Positions 49,809 through 61,446 of a stretch of 64,000 bases of DNA are shown piece by piece. The notes beneath the pieces were generated by a model. That model saw only the letters and a program-made list of their open reading frames with translations. It ran no database searches and was not told the DNA's origin. The stretch is from Botryllus schlosseri (lineage: Eukaryota). The first letter of the stretch is position 1. The number at the start of each line of letters is the position of its first letter. The translations under genes and the position numbers were made by a program. Where the stretch lies: positions 16,120,001-16,184,000 of the forward strand of contig CM119374.1 in NCBI GenBank assembly GCA_051294905.1. The letters run 5' to 3'.

Positions 49809-52800
49809 CTGAATCATATATTAGAGTGAGCGAATATCGACTTGAAGAATTCGTACGAAATGTATTAACATTTATATAGCAATGAGCTACTTCTAGAGAA
49901 ATCATTCGGATGGTTGAAATAGTAAGGGGGCATTGATTCTTCAAACTTTTTAAAGGGGGTAACGATGAAAAAATGTTGGTAACCCCTCGTATATAGTAGG
50001 CCTACGTATAGTTTTCCGCTGCATAGATTACATTTAGCGCGATCTCCAGGTCCAGCGAACTTGGCGAACGAGTTTAACATGTGATGCGCGACAGCCCATA
50101 TATTAGGCCTCAAAAAGTAAGAACTGCCAGTACACAAACGAATCAAATTCAAATGTGAAAATATAGAGGACGTAAGTAAGTAATGAAGTCTATTCGCGAC
50201 GAATTATTATAGTTCTACATAGGATTTGGTTACAATACAGAGGGGTTTATCTCGAATTTACAGAGTGCAAATGCAATATTGCTTACAAACCCTCAGAGTC
50301 AAACTTTGATTTATAATTTCTTTATGTTTGAGTTACAGTTGCTATACTGACATTCACGATACGCAATGTATGTATCCGCGAAATTAGGGCATAAATAATG
50401 TCGGCGCTTGGCACAGCGTTCTCAAAGCAGGACGCGTGAAAGCATCAGAAGGGGAGGGCAAGCTGCGGTATACTGAAGATATTTTTGCGCTTCCCGCGAT
50501 TTACCTACAATTCATAGTTATTGCTCCGTGCATAGTCCGAATTTCAGATTTGAGAATTCTCTTATCAACTGTCATTACCTTCCATGCCATCAAAGTATAC
50601 GTTGGCATTACCAGCATTCTGGGTGCCCTTTGTAATATGACGATAATTGGGCACGATATTTCGGACTATTATAAAATGGGTCGTGTCTAAAAAATTGAGA
50701 ACCACTGGCTTAGAAGGTAGTTTTGTTTTTTGGTGTTCAGTGTGTTTTCAACTGAAATGGTCATTGACACCAGGCCGATATTTTTGCTAGGATTCGGTAT
50801 GTATTGGTCGGGAATTACGCTAGGGCTTCCCATCCTTTTTTAATTGCTCGTACCAGTTTGTCATGTCAGAGCATTATTTGTACCCCCTAAATAAATCTCA
50901 TTGATTTTTTCAGATAAAATTATGTATTATATTTCACACACGCAAAAAAGAAAAATCACAAAAAGTAAATGAAATGTCAGTTATTTCATTAGTCCCTTCT
51001 CAGTGATATATTGGTTTCTGCTTCATTGATAACATTCGTTTCCAATCGCAGATATTTGTAAACTAATTTTTGATATATATTATAGTAAGATACCCTTATT
51101 CACAGTAAGAAGATGTTAAGAAGGGAATTCACTCAGTCATCGAGTAAGTAAGGAAGGCTTTTATAGCAACACACCAAAAATCTTTTAATTTTGATTTGAA
51201 GAGCTTCTTGGGCGTAAATAACTTAAATATACAATTGAATAGTATATTCATATTGAAATGAACCCGAAGGCGGGGAGGGGCCGTTCGCACTTTTATTTGT
51301 GTGCCTTGGAGTCGACTTTTATCAAATGACACCACCTAAAAATAGTACATTGAGCGCTCTGTCATTCGAAATTTCATGCTCATGACGTCATATTTTGTGA
51401 TACGATTGTTGATATATGATGTTCTTTCCAATTCTCTTCTAGTTACTGACGATTACCCCTGACGAGTGTCAGCCGAAAATATTAGGGTTCATTTCAATAT
51501 GAATATACCATTCAATTATGACTTGTCAAACTGATGTTTCAATTTTAGGCAGCTTTCCAAGTCGATGGGCTTTTCCTGCTAATTAACTTTTTCAGATGTT
51601 TCTGTTGAATCAAAACGGAATGGATTTGTAATTCAAAGCTGCATATCATTCAATTCACCACAAGAAAAGTAGCTATCGGAAGAATCAACCACATCATATT
51701 TAAACGAGGAATAGTTTCATAACTTTATTTTGCAGCAAAGAGTTATTGGAAATCTAATCAAGATATGCACTTTTGTCACATTTATTAGTTGACATGAAGC
51801 GATCGGTTTGGCTCGTTTAGAATGTTTACGATTTCGTCACTTTCAAGTGAGGTAACCAGATTAGAATTTCGATGTTGTCAATACAACTCAAAATTTTAAA
51901 AAAATCGTAACATCACTCGACCTCAAGGGAGCCACCTTACATCAGTGTGATACAGCAAAATGTGGACAAAAACACAAACAAGCATTGTGTCTGATATTAA
52001 TGACTATTCGAACACATTTGTCGAACAGATCCTTCAAACTTTACGGCAGACGCTTTGAGACTTCTAGTGTTGGTGCAGAAAGAATTGCTATGATCTAATC
52101 ATAGCGTGCAACAGTGGAGCTTATTTACGTATATTATACGTGTACGTTCGTCAACACGCGGAAGTTAGTCTGATCCTTCTATTTATTTGAATTTGGATTT
52201 GAAAAAATATCAAACCATTCGTATTTTTCATCTGGCTATGCGTCTGGCTGGAAGCAAGTAAAAATGCATTGATATGAGACAAGGAGGATTTTTACTAAAT
52301 AGCAACGATTGTCAGATAGTTGATTTTTCAAAGCAAAGACCGTAATATCATAATATCACCTATAATACAACTGTACTTTCAAATCCGAAAAAACTGCTCT
52401 GTGCCCAGGATCGTCATACCCCTTGATGGTTAATCTCATACCTCCGGTTAGGAACCCTTTCTTTACGTGGACCAGATGTCAAGGAGGAGCCTACATAAAC
52501 CCCCAACACTTTGGAAATAATGTTGTAGTCGACCGCGATCGGACTCGAACCCGCAACCTATTTGTGTTGCAACATGTTGAAAGTAGCCTATCATTGCGCT
52601 GGATCGCCATGCACGACTCAATGTCGCGACAACGCAGCTGCGGCATAAATAATGTACGAGATGAGCAGGTAAGCCGAAATGAATGAAGATTTCATTTGGA
52701 TTAGTGATGTATTTCTTTTCGTTATGAATACATTTTGTAGTGAGTAATGCGAAGTTTCAATACCAGTAGATTCTGCAAACTTGGTTCTAAGCAGGAGTGA

Positions 52801-53431
52801 CGAACGATAAAGGTATTTTCACAAAATAATTATGCGCATTACTGTCCAGGATTCAAATATCGTGCACCAATAAACCTACGCAATATTTTTTTTTGATTTT
52901 TGTGCCGCGATTCATATAATCGTGAAATGAGTGAAAAACCGAGTGGTGATTCAATAACAATGAGCCAGGTTCGGAGAGTATGTTGTCGATGCAGTTTCAT
53001 ATCTTGTACTCCTCACAACACTCACACATAGAGACAACGCCACAACGCGACTAACACGGTGGGAGCATAGAAGCACACCAGCTTATATAAATATGACCAT
53101 CCGGATAGAGCACCTGTTTTATTACTCTATATCAACATTCAATCGGCTAATTATTGCATATATGTAAATTCCTTCTATTATTGTTTACGAATAAAAGTGT
53201 TGCTGGAATACAACGCGTCTAACCAGTACCTTGATAACGAAGGATCCCACTAAAAACAAAGGTATGGATTTGGAAAAAACAACTTGGCATCATTTGACTA
53301 GTTGTACCCCAGGCCATCAAGATTTTCGAATCCGGCCCGCAACCGAAATGGAGTTTGACACCCCTAATTAGACCTAACTGGCACCCCGAAATGTCTTATT
53401 TATATACAATTATAATGACATTTATACATAC

Positions 53432-53682
53432 TTTGGCCATTGGATTTATGGTGCCGCTTATCCACGCGTTCGTGAATGTCACATTGTTTGCATCTGTCTT
53501 GCGGTGCGGCTCCAACATTCCTATGAGCAGATTATATTCCGCTGTATTTTTGACTTCTGCCACCGTTGAAGTGTTTTCCTGGCATATCTGTTCACCCTCA
53601 TCGTACGTCATAGTTCTCTCGTCTCTCATCGATATCCAGAGGCATTCACTGGTGGAATCGTAACGGCACGCTCTGCAAACCG
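53432..53682 (-). CDS. CTLD gene II, exon B2 (AVCRACRYDSTSECLWIS...TYDEGEQICQENTSTVAEVKN...AWISGTINPMAK)
   Basis: 251 nt, canonical splice sites, open frame. Confidence 0.85.
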
Positions 53683-54729
53683 CTGCAAAATTTCAAATTC
53701 GAAAGTAAAAAATACAAAAAATCCCTATTTTTATCATAAATTTGCTGTAAGTTTACCGTGACGTTATGTACCTCTTGACATGGTAGACCTATGACTAGAA
53801 ACTTTCAACATAGCACAGGTCTGAATCTCAGCTTTTCAAAAAACCTTGAGTGACGCATTTACGACAAATATTTCAAACAAATTTTTGGTTTGCCGTGATG
53901 CAACGTAACAAAATTTTACAATTGAGAAAACGACTATCAAACACTTGAAACGTAAAAAGTCAATGTACAAGTGTTACCGATGTAATGATAAGAATGAGTG
54001 CCAGAATGTTAGAATGCCAACTGACAACAATCAAACACATTTGTACCCAGAGATAATATAGATAGATATATTTTGTAACTGTCAAACCATATAGTTTATA
54101 GAGTCATTGGACAAAACATGCGAGCTTTTGGTTGGAACTTGAAAATAAAAAAAAAACAATTATCAAAGGAAAAAAATCGAAATTTTGCAGTTTTTAGGTA
54201 TTATTTGGGTGAAAATGGACATGAGGTGACAGCAGAGATACAATGTTAATATTTCTTACCAGAAATAAAATCAAAAATTTTGATTTTTGTTGGTTGCTAG
54301 TCCCCTCAAGAGGGCTGTGTTACGGTACCAAGAGTCTGAAGTAAAGTCGGGAAGTCCAGATAGGTGCGAATTACAGATGTATACATATTCAGAACTGCTG
54401 CCAAATTATGGAAACAATTAATATAGCAATACAAAATGCAGTTCACGGTTACTAGAGTTGTTGCCTCCCCATCACGTGATATTATTTTCATAATAACACA
54501 TCGTTCAATTTCCGTAGCACGTATGGATCTAGTGATTCTATCTATTCACTCTCGGGAGACTGGTATAAATTGTCGGAGTCAAAGGCGAACCTGGAAGATC
54601 TACAGGCATAACCGAGGGATGCAATAGGTGAATTAGTTTACTTTCTGGCATTGTGACGTTATGTTTTTCATTAAATCACATGAGAACCGTCATTGTCCAC
54701 TGAGCACTAGTGCAGGACTCAGTATTTAC

Positions 54730-54882
54730 CTTCTGTTGTTGGAATATTTGTGGTTGTTGCCTCAGTTTTTGTTGTGACGTCATGTGCCGTGGAAGGGGTT
54801 GTATTATCCTGCGAGGTATCAATCGAGATAGGATTTGTCCTACTTTTCGTAGATGCTTCAAAATTTTCGGAACCCATTTCAC
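54730..54882 (-). CDS. CTLD gene II, Thr-rich stalk exon A2
   Basis: 153 nt, phase 1/1, acceptor CTTCTAG, donor GTAAAT. Reads GEMGSENFEAST...TTKTEATTTNIPTTE. Confidence 0.75.
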
Positions 54883-55081
54883 CTAGAAGTTATCAGCATT
54901 CAGTATATTACGCCCCGCGTTTACTCTCATCAATATGATGAGACAGCCGCAGAGACACAAGACATTTAACGAGAAGAATGTGAATTGCAGAATGCAGAAT
55001 GAAACAAAAATAAAGGAAATACATGCACACCTCGCTACCTCCAAATCACAGGTCAATATCAATGCGTTGTATAGTGTATAG

Positions 55082-56523
55082 CAGGGGGGCAACATACGGC
55101 TCGCGCACAGTTTCTCGTCTTACATGATAATGTGACCCGCAGCCCCACTCTGCCGAGATCCTCCAATACTTGCTTAACGTCAAATTTTAGTGACTGTATG
55201 CAAGACCGTAACTGCCGCACCACAAACCCCCGAATTGGGGGAGCTGAGCTCGAAGGAGGTCAAAATTAGGTCGCGAATTTAAAAGAATTATGAAGTATTT
55301 CTTTAGAGAATTATGCATTTATCAAATTTTTTTTGCGCTGGGTGCGATTTATTGTTGGCAATTACCCTCAATATTGGGTTCCGTTCCCCCAATAAAAATA
55401 CGCATGATTTATAGAAGCGGACACTTTGGCGTCGGCCATTACCGCGCCACGACGCACCAAGACATATGATGATATAGTCCATGCTGTAACATGCGATTCC
55501 GAGAAGTGTGCCAGAACGACCAGCAGCGAGAAGACCTTGGCCGAAAAGGACTGCCCTTGTGCTGACCGAAAACTTCGATATAAATATACAATTATAGCTA
55601 CATGTTTAAATGTCCATTGGCGCCTAAATGGCTGGCGCCGAATGTTCCTGTCCTGGCGCTCTGAACCCCACAAGACAAATGCCATACAGCAGGGAAAAAT
55701 TATTAGCCAGTAAAGAAAAAGCAATTGAAATCGTGTGCGTCATTTAGATGAGTAAGTTTGGGCCATTTCAATATCTTTCGACATAGCAGATAGGAGGTCA
55801 CGAAATACCATCATGTAACGAAATCATTATACCAACGGGTCCGCCCGGAGATGTTTGATTATTATTTGGGGCCCTACATTTTTCAAGACACTCAGCTCTA
55901 TTACCGGTAAATATGAGTACGTGAATAGAGAGCGGATAAAAATGATAGCAATATATATGCAACTCCCGATCATATTGACCGATTCAATCATGAAGTATAA
56001 CAATTTTTGCGCGCTTCGCTCGTTTAGCGTTTAGGGGGACCCAATATCAACGTTTTTCGGGAAAGGACTGACGAAGTGCTGTTACGTTCCTGGCGATATG
56101 TTATTATATAGCCTACGTGTGTGCGCAGCGTACGAGAGTATAGAGCTTACGCGTAAGTTCGTCGAAGCGAGAAGACTTGCATTATCGGCATTTGCACTGT
56201 ACTCAACCCTAATGAATTGATATCTTGGTAAATTTAGGGTACCGGGCTTATCGAACGCCTTGAAATCTTAATCAAAGGATTGCACCCTGTTTTAATTGAT
56301 CAGAGACAAGTAGACATGGAGGCGCTGGTATGACAATGCTGTTCTCAAACCCCCATTGTGTTCGTCATTATCGGTTAGAAATGGCTTTGAAGTGACATTG
56401 CTTTCGTTTAAACACGATTTATTCCTTGTATATGTGGATAATGTATCAATTCAGCAATCCGGTCCGCCCAGTACCTAATTTTCCCATATCCGGCCCGCCG
56501 ACTTGAGAAGTTGCCCGCCCTTG
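55082..56523. mobile_element. hAT-type MITE (family of 31215-32072) with a further internal insertion (~55200-56140)
   Basis: TSD GTGTATAG/GTGTAAAG. Shares internal sequence with the 31215 copy. Confidence 0.78.
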
Positions 56524-56837
56524 GTGTAAAGGGATATAGTGATAGAACGGGCAATAACAATACAGCAAGCGCTGCACCTATGGACTTGGACACCTACATT
56601 ATTATCTTTCCCGGGAGACTGGAGAAGCGGTTGGAGTCACACGCGTACTTGAAAGATCTACTATGCGCATATAGACATAAACGAGTGATGAAATGAGTCA
56701 CTTCACCCTCCCCCTCAGCCAAATATGGTTTATAGCTCTGGCATGACATTGTGACGCTATATTTTTTTTCTAAATCACAAGAGATTCGTCATTGTCCAGT
56801 GAGCTCTAGTGAAGTTCAGGCATGATGTATTTACCTT

Positions 56838-57098
56838 GTTGTTGTTGTTGTTGTTCAATATTCATGGTGTTTCAACCACATTGGTCATTTTACAGGCTTA
56901 TAGGCTTTATTTGATTCCGTATTTGCCAACTGGTAGCGCTGCCCACTTCTAGACTTTTCAAGACACCGTTTACGAGGTCACGTCGCAGGAAGCAGCCTAG
57001 ATGAGCCTCCAACACTTAGAGTCGCACTCGCTAGGACCCGAACCCGCAAGCCATTGGTGTTGCATTTGTGGTACGTACCACTACGCTATATCGCCTTA
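56838..57098 (-). mobile_element. Full-length tRNA-derived SINE (family A) with (AAC)n tail
   Basis: A box TAGCGTAGTGG, B box GGGTTCGGGTCC. Exact 11-bp TSD GTATTTACCTT at 56827-56837 and 57099-57109. Confidence 0.9.
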
Positions 57099-57106
57099 GT
57101 ATTTAC

Positions 57107-57259
57107 CTTCTGTTGTCGGAATATTTGTGGTTGTTGCGGAAGCTGTTGTAGTGACGTCATATGCCGTTGAAAGGGTCAAATCATCATGATAGGCATCAAT
57201 GGAAATAACATTTCTCATACTTTTCAGAGATGCTTCAAACTTTTCGAAACCCCTTTCAC
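57107..57259 (-). CDS. CTLD gene II, duplicated Thr-rich stalk exon A3
   Basis: 153 nt, phase 1/1, canonical splice sites. Reads GERGFEKFEASLKS...TTTASATTTNIPTTE. Confidence 0.7.
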
Positions 57260-59539
57260 CTGGAAGTTGTCAGCATTCAGTAAATTACGCCGCGCACATG
57301 CTTTTATCAATATCATGAAACAGACGCGGAGACACATGACATATAGCACGAGGAAGGTGAATTGCAGAATGACATAGAAGAAACACATGCACACCAAGAC
57401 ACCTACAAATTACAGGCCGTTATCAATGCGTTGCATGGTGATGAACAGGCGTTAAAAACAACAGTAAGCAGTGTAAGATCATAAGGAAAAACATTTGTTG
57501 ATTCAAAAATTAATCCCGTCAATACATTTCATTTAAATTGTACTTTATTCAAGATATTGTTTTTCGTTAACAAGTAACTTAGTTTCAATACATTATTATT
57601 AGCAATCCACCTGTCAGTATGTGGTACATTTAGACTCACATTCCTAATGTGAATTCTGTGAATTGATGATCGACATTAGGTAGTCTGATTACCGAGTATG
57701 TAGCTCGCGAACTATAAATGTCACATCATTAATTTAAAATTCCAGCCATAGCAAGGCTTTGTAGAATTGTATACAATACGAGAACGCTGTCCGTATACCT
57801 TCGCTGGTATGTATAGCAGTGAAGCAAACCGACACTAAGCGAGGAAAAGCATTTCTAATAGGGCTGGTGTGAACGCGAGTTTCGCGTTTCCGTTCTGTGT
57901 GTGAAACTCAGAGATTTAGAAGTTCACGCTCACAGACGAAAATTAGTAGGTTCTGCATTGTGAATCTTTTTCATATTATAATTTCCACGTCATTATAGCA
58001 TCGTTGGTTGCAATTTATTGCATTGCAACTGCGCGTCACATGCGGGCAGCATAAAAAATCAACACTAAACAATCATGCGCCTTGACAATCTCAAACATTT
58101 TACCTGCTTTGTTACAAATGTTTGCTCTAAATACCCAGATTTCTTTTTGTGAATATTTAGTAACCCTCTGCTGTGAGCTTGACCCGCAATCACAAAGCTT
58201 TAGGAGCGAAATGCGCTACGTGTAGATAGTCAGCGAATGATGCTTATTCGATTAGCAAATGAAATTGTTATCGTTGTTTGATGTAAAAAAGTCTGGCAGG
58301 CGTTCGAGGTCAACCTTGATTTCATATATTTATTGTATCATAAAAACAAATCCATGCGATTGGGGTGTTGGCTACTGCTGTTTAACTTTTTAATGGGGTG
58401 ATGTTGGTAGCAAGTATAGAAACCCGTTTTACACTCTGCTCAATATCAAGCAATATGAAGCAATAGCGATTATCAGCCGCCGAATACATTGTCAGGTCTG
58501 ACCTAGATCGTTACGGCAAAAGGTTATATTTCCTTGCAAGTCCTTGTCGAAATTGTTGGCAAAGCGACGGAAGATATTGATTTTAAGGCATCTCGCGTGA
58601 TTCAGAATCGAATCACTCAGGTATACTCGATTTTGCCCAGCCCAAGAATCTAAAGGTAGCTAGACTACCTCTGGATCTCACAATCCACCTAATTCAAAAG
58701 CATGCACAATTGCACATAGACTTCTGTGGATTCTATATCGACTATTTTAGCATTGATATATCCTGATTGCCGAGTTATATACATTGAATAAACTGAAAAG
58801 GCATATCATTACTACAACATACTATTGTGTCGTTATGTGATAGCTCTTCAAACGTTCCAGCACTTAACGCAAAAGTTCATGGCGAATTATACGCTTAGTA
58901 ATATTGGACTTATTGCCATTTATACTTGAGTGGGAGCCATTATTTTGATGTTAGGAATATTGTGGCGAAATTTGCTCTTCACAGATACTGGAATATATAA
59001 AGGTCTATGAAGGTATATGACCGCGGAAATCCTTGTATCCATAAAAAATATGGTACGGTACCGTAGAGAGGGGTCACTCATCAATTCTCATTTTTAATAA
59101 CCAATAAACCCCATGCACCAATGTAAAATATGGTACCATAAGCAGTAGTCGTTCATTAAATTTCTGCACCCGTTGAGGGAGCTCACTTTGATTTTATGAT
59201 CTCTAGCAATTTTGCCTTTAGCTAAAGGAAATTTACGCGAATACGGATGCAAATAAGTTCAAGAAATTCAAGGAAGAGGCAGTCAGCATGAAAACGGCAC
59301 TCAGATGTAAGCCTATCTACCACTTGATAGAACAACTGCAGCAACGGCGGGCGATAGGGCTGGGTTAGACAACACTTCAAAGACAGTAAAATGAAGATTG
59401 AGCCAAGTACACTCTTCGCGCATAAATCTGCGATAAAATTGATATTCCGGACATGCAATAACGGCGAGCATACATGCTAAATGTAAGTCAGGATCTAAGA
59501 AAAGGAAGTTGGTTTAGATTTAGAAAGAAAGTAAGAATG

Positions 59540-60534
59540 CAGTGTTGTGATTACTCGAGTCATGACTTGACTCGAGTCAGACTCGAGTCAACTATTTTGT
59601 ATGACTTGACTTGACTTGACTCGAGTCACTTCGCAAAAATGACTTGACTTGACTTGACTCGGCGCTTCAGAAATGTGGTTTGACTCGTGACTCGGAGCAA
59701 AATTTACGAGTCAATTTCAAGTCATCAATAAGTAAATGGTGTCGCCTAAATCACTGTATCATGTGTATATTCGGATTATTCGCGATACGGCGATTACACT
59801 TGTGATAGCAACCAGTCATTCACTTATTGTACGTGTCACTGGTCCTCCATTGCTACATCACAAATAGATTGGCCGCAAACGAGATGATCACAGCTTACGT
59901 TGCCGCAGTAGGAGTAGTAGATTAATTTCAACGTATCACTGTTTCTCAGACGGCTCAGTGCTTACATTGCGCAGTGCACACCTTTACGAACCCTCATGTA
60001 TGATTTAAATCGAATGAATATAGTTCATGCGTTTATATTCTCACGGATGTGTAGATGGGTAGTGTATTGTACCATATCAATAAAACTTCTTGAGGCTTCG
60101 TATTCGATCCTCAATTTTGGCTGGTATTTAGACTGTAGCATGTAACTGTACAGTTATTCGCGTATTTCATTAGCAGTTCGCTACGTGTGCGTGTGCGATA
60201 GAACGCATTTTTGCATGTATATCTAACTTTATATTCGTTATTTGATTCAAGATAATTGCTTGGGTAATTAAACTGTCTTTCACACATCTGGCAAAATGTA
60301 ATGACTTTTAATCACCACTCATACTTCGAACATTCGATTTGATTTGAATTGTGACTTGACTCGTGACTTGACTTGACTTGACTCGACTTGACTCGAGTCA
60401 CCTCCAAACATCGAGTGACTTGACTCGAGTCACCTTCGAAAATCGATTGACTTGACTTGACTTGACTCGAGTCAAAATATGCAGTGACGCGAGATGACTC
60501 GTGACTCGAAGGTAGTGACTTGATCCCAACACTG
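59540..60534. mobile_element. hAT-type MITE with (GACTT)n/GACTCGAGTC subterminal repeats
   Basis: TIR CAGTGTTG...CAACACTG. TSD TAAGAATG/TGAGAATG. Confidence 0.88.
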
Positions 60535-61033
60535 TGAGAATGCAAATGTAGTACTGCTGCACAAATATTTCAACCATCTATGTCAGCTAAGGAATGCTCG
60601 GCACACTTGAATAATGTAACAGTGCTCTCAAATACGTATATGGTAGTTTGGTTGTAGTGAACTTTTGTCTATGTTTTTTTTTAGGTTTAATCCAACCAGG
60701 CAAGTTCTTATACGGATCGTGGAACTAGTTCTTCACAGGTACTACCGGTACCGATCTGTTCCTGTGGTATTACTGGTGCTGTACCACATTGCCGCACATT
60801 TTGTAACAAAATGTTTTTCGTAGAAAAAAAGATAGGCGTAATTCAGCACCTGGCTGAAACCTTGACGTTGGGTGCTGGATTATTATTAATGCCAGTCGAC
60901 AGCTTTCTGGATTTATGTGGTCTATTTGGCTTGCAGCTCCATATTGGCTAGGACTTTAATGTTTGTCTTCGTGTTTATTCATTGACATGTAAACTGCTTC
61001 GATATTGCCACACAAAGCGTATTCGGATTAAAG

Positions 61034-61446
61034 TAGGATAACCATACGTCCTCCTTTAGGAGGATTTGTTCTCCTTTTCAGGTTTTAGTAAATGTCGTCC
61101 GAGGACGCCTAAACGTCCTCCTTTTTGAAATTTTGTCCTCTTTTTTTGAGAATTTTTGTCAAATGTATGGCAAGTTCGACTGAGTTACAGTAAATCAGCA
61201 CTGAAGTAACGTTCCGGAGGCTATTTCTGGAGCTGAGCCGGAAAGGTGACCTCTTTTAAGTCAACCACCTGATAATGTGAAACAAAAACTGTATTTTGGG
61301 AAATGGGCGATATAGTGGACCCTTTTTAAGTCAACCGATCACGGAGTGGAAGAATTCACCATTTTTTTCAAGATTTTCCTCCAGGATTTTAAGTTTGATA
61401 CTTTTGAAGTGTCCTTCAAACCCGATTCCAAAATATGTTAACCCTA
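61034..61446. mobile_element. hAT-type MITE (family of 44717-45097)
   Basis: TIR TAGGATAACCATA...TATGTTAACCCTA. Exact TSD GATTAAAG. Confidence 0.9.
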
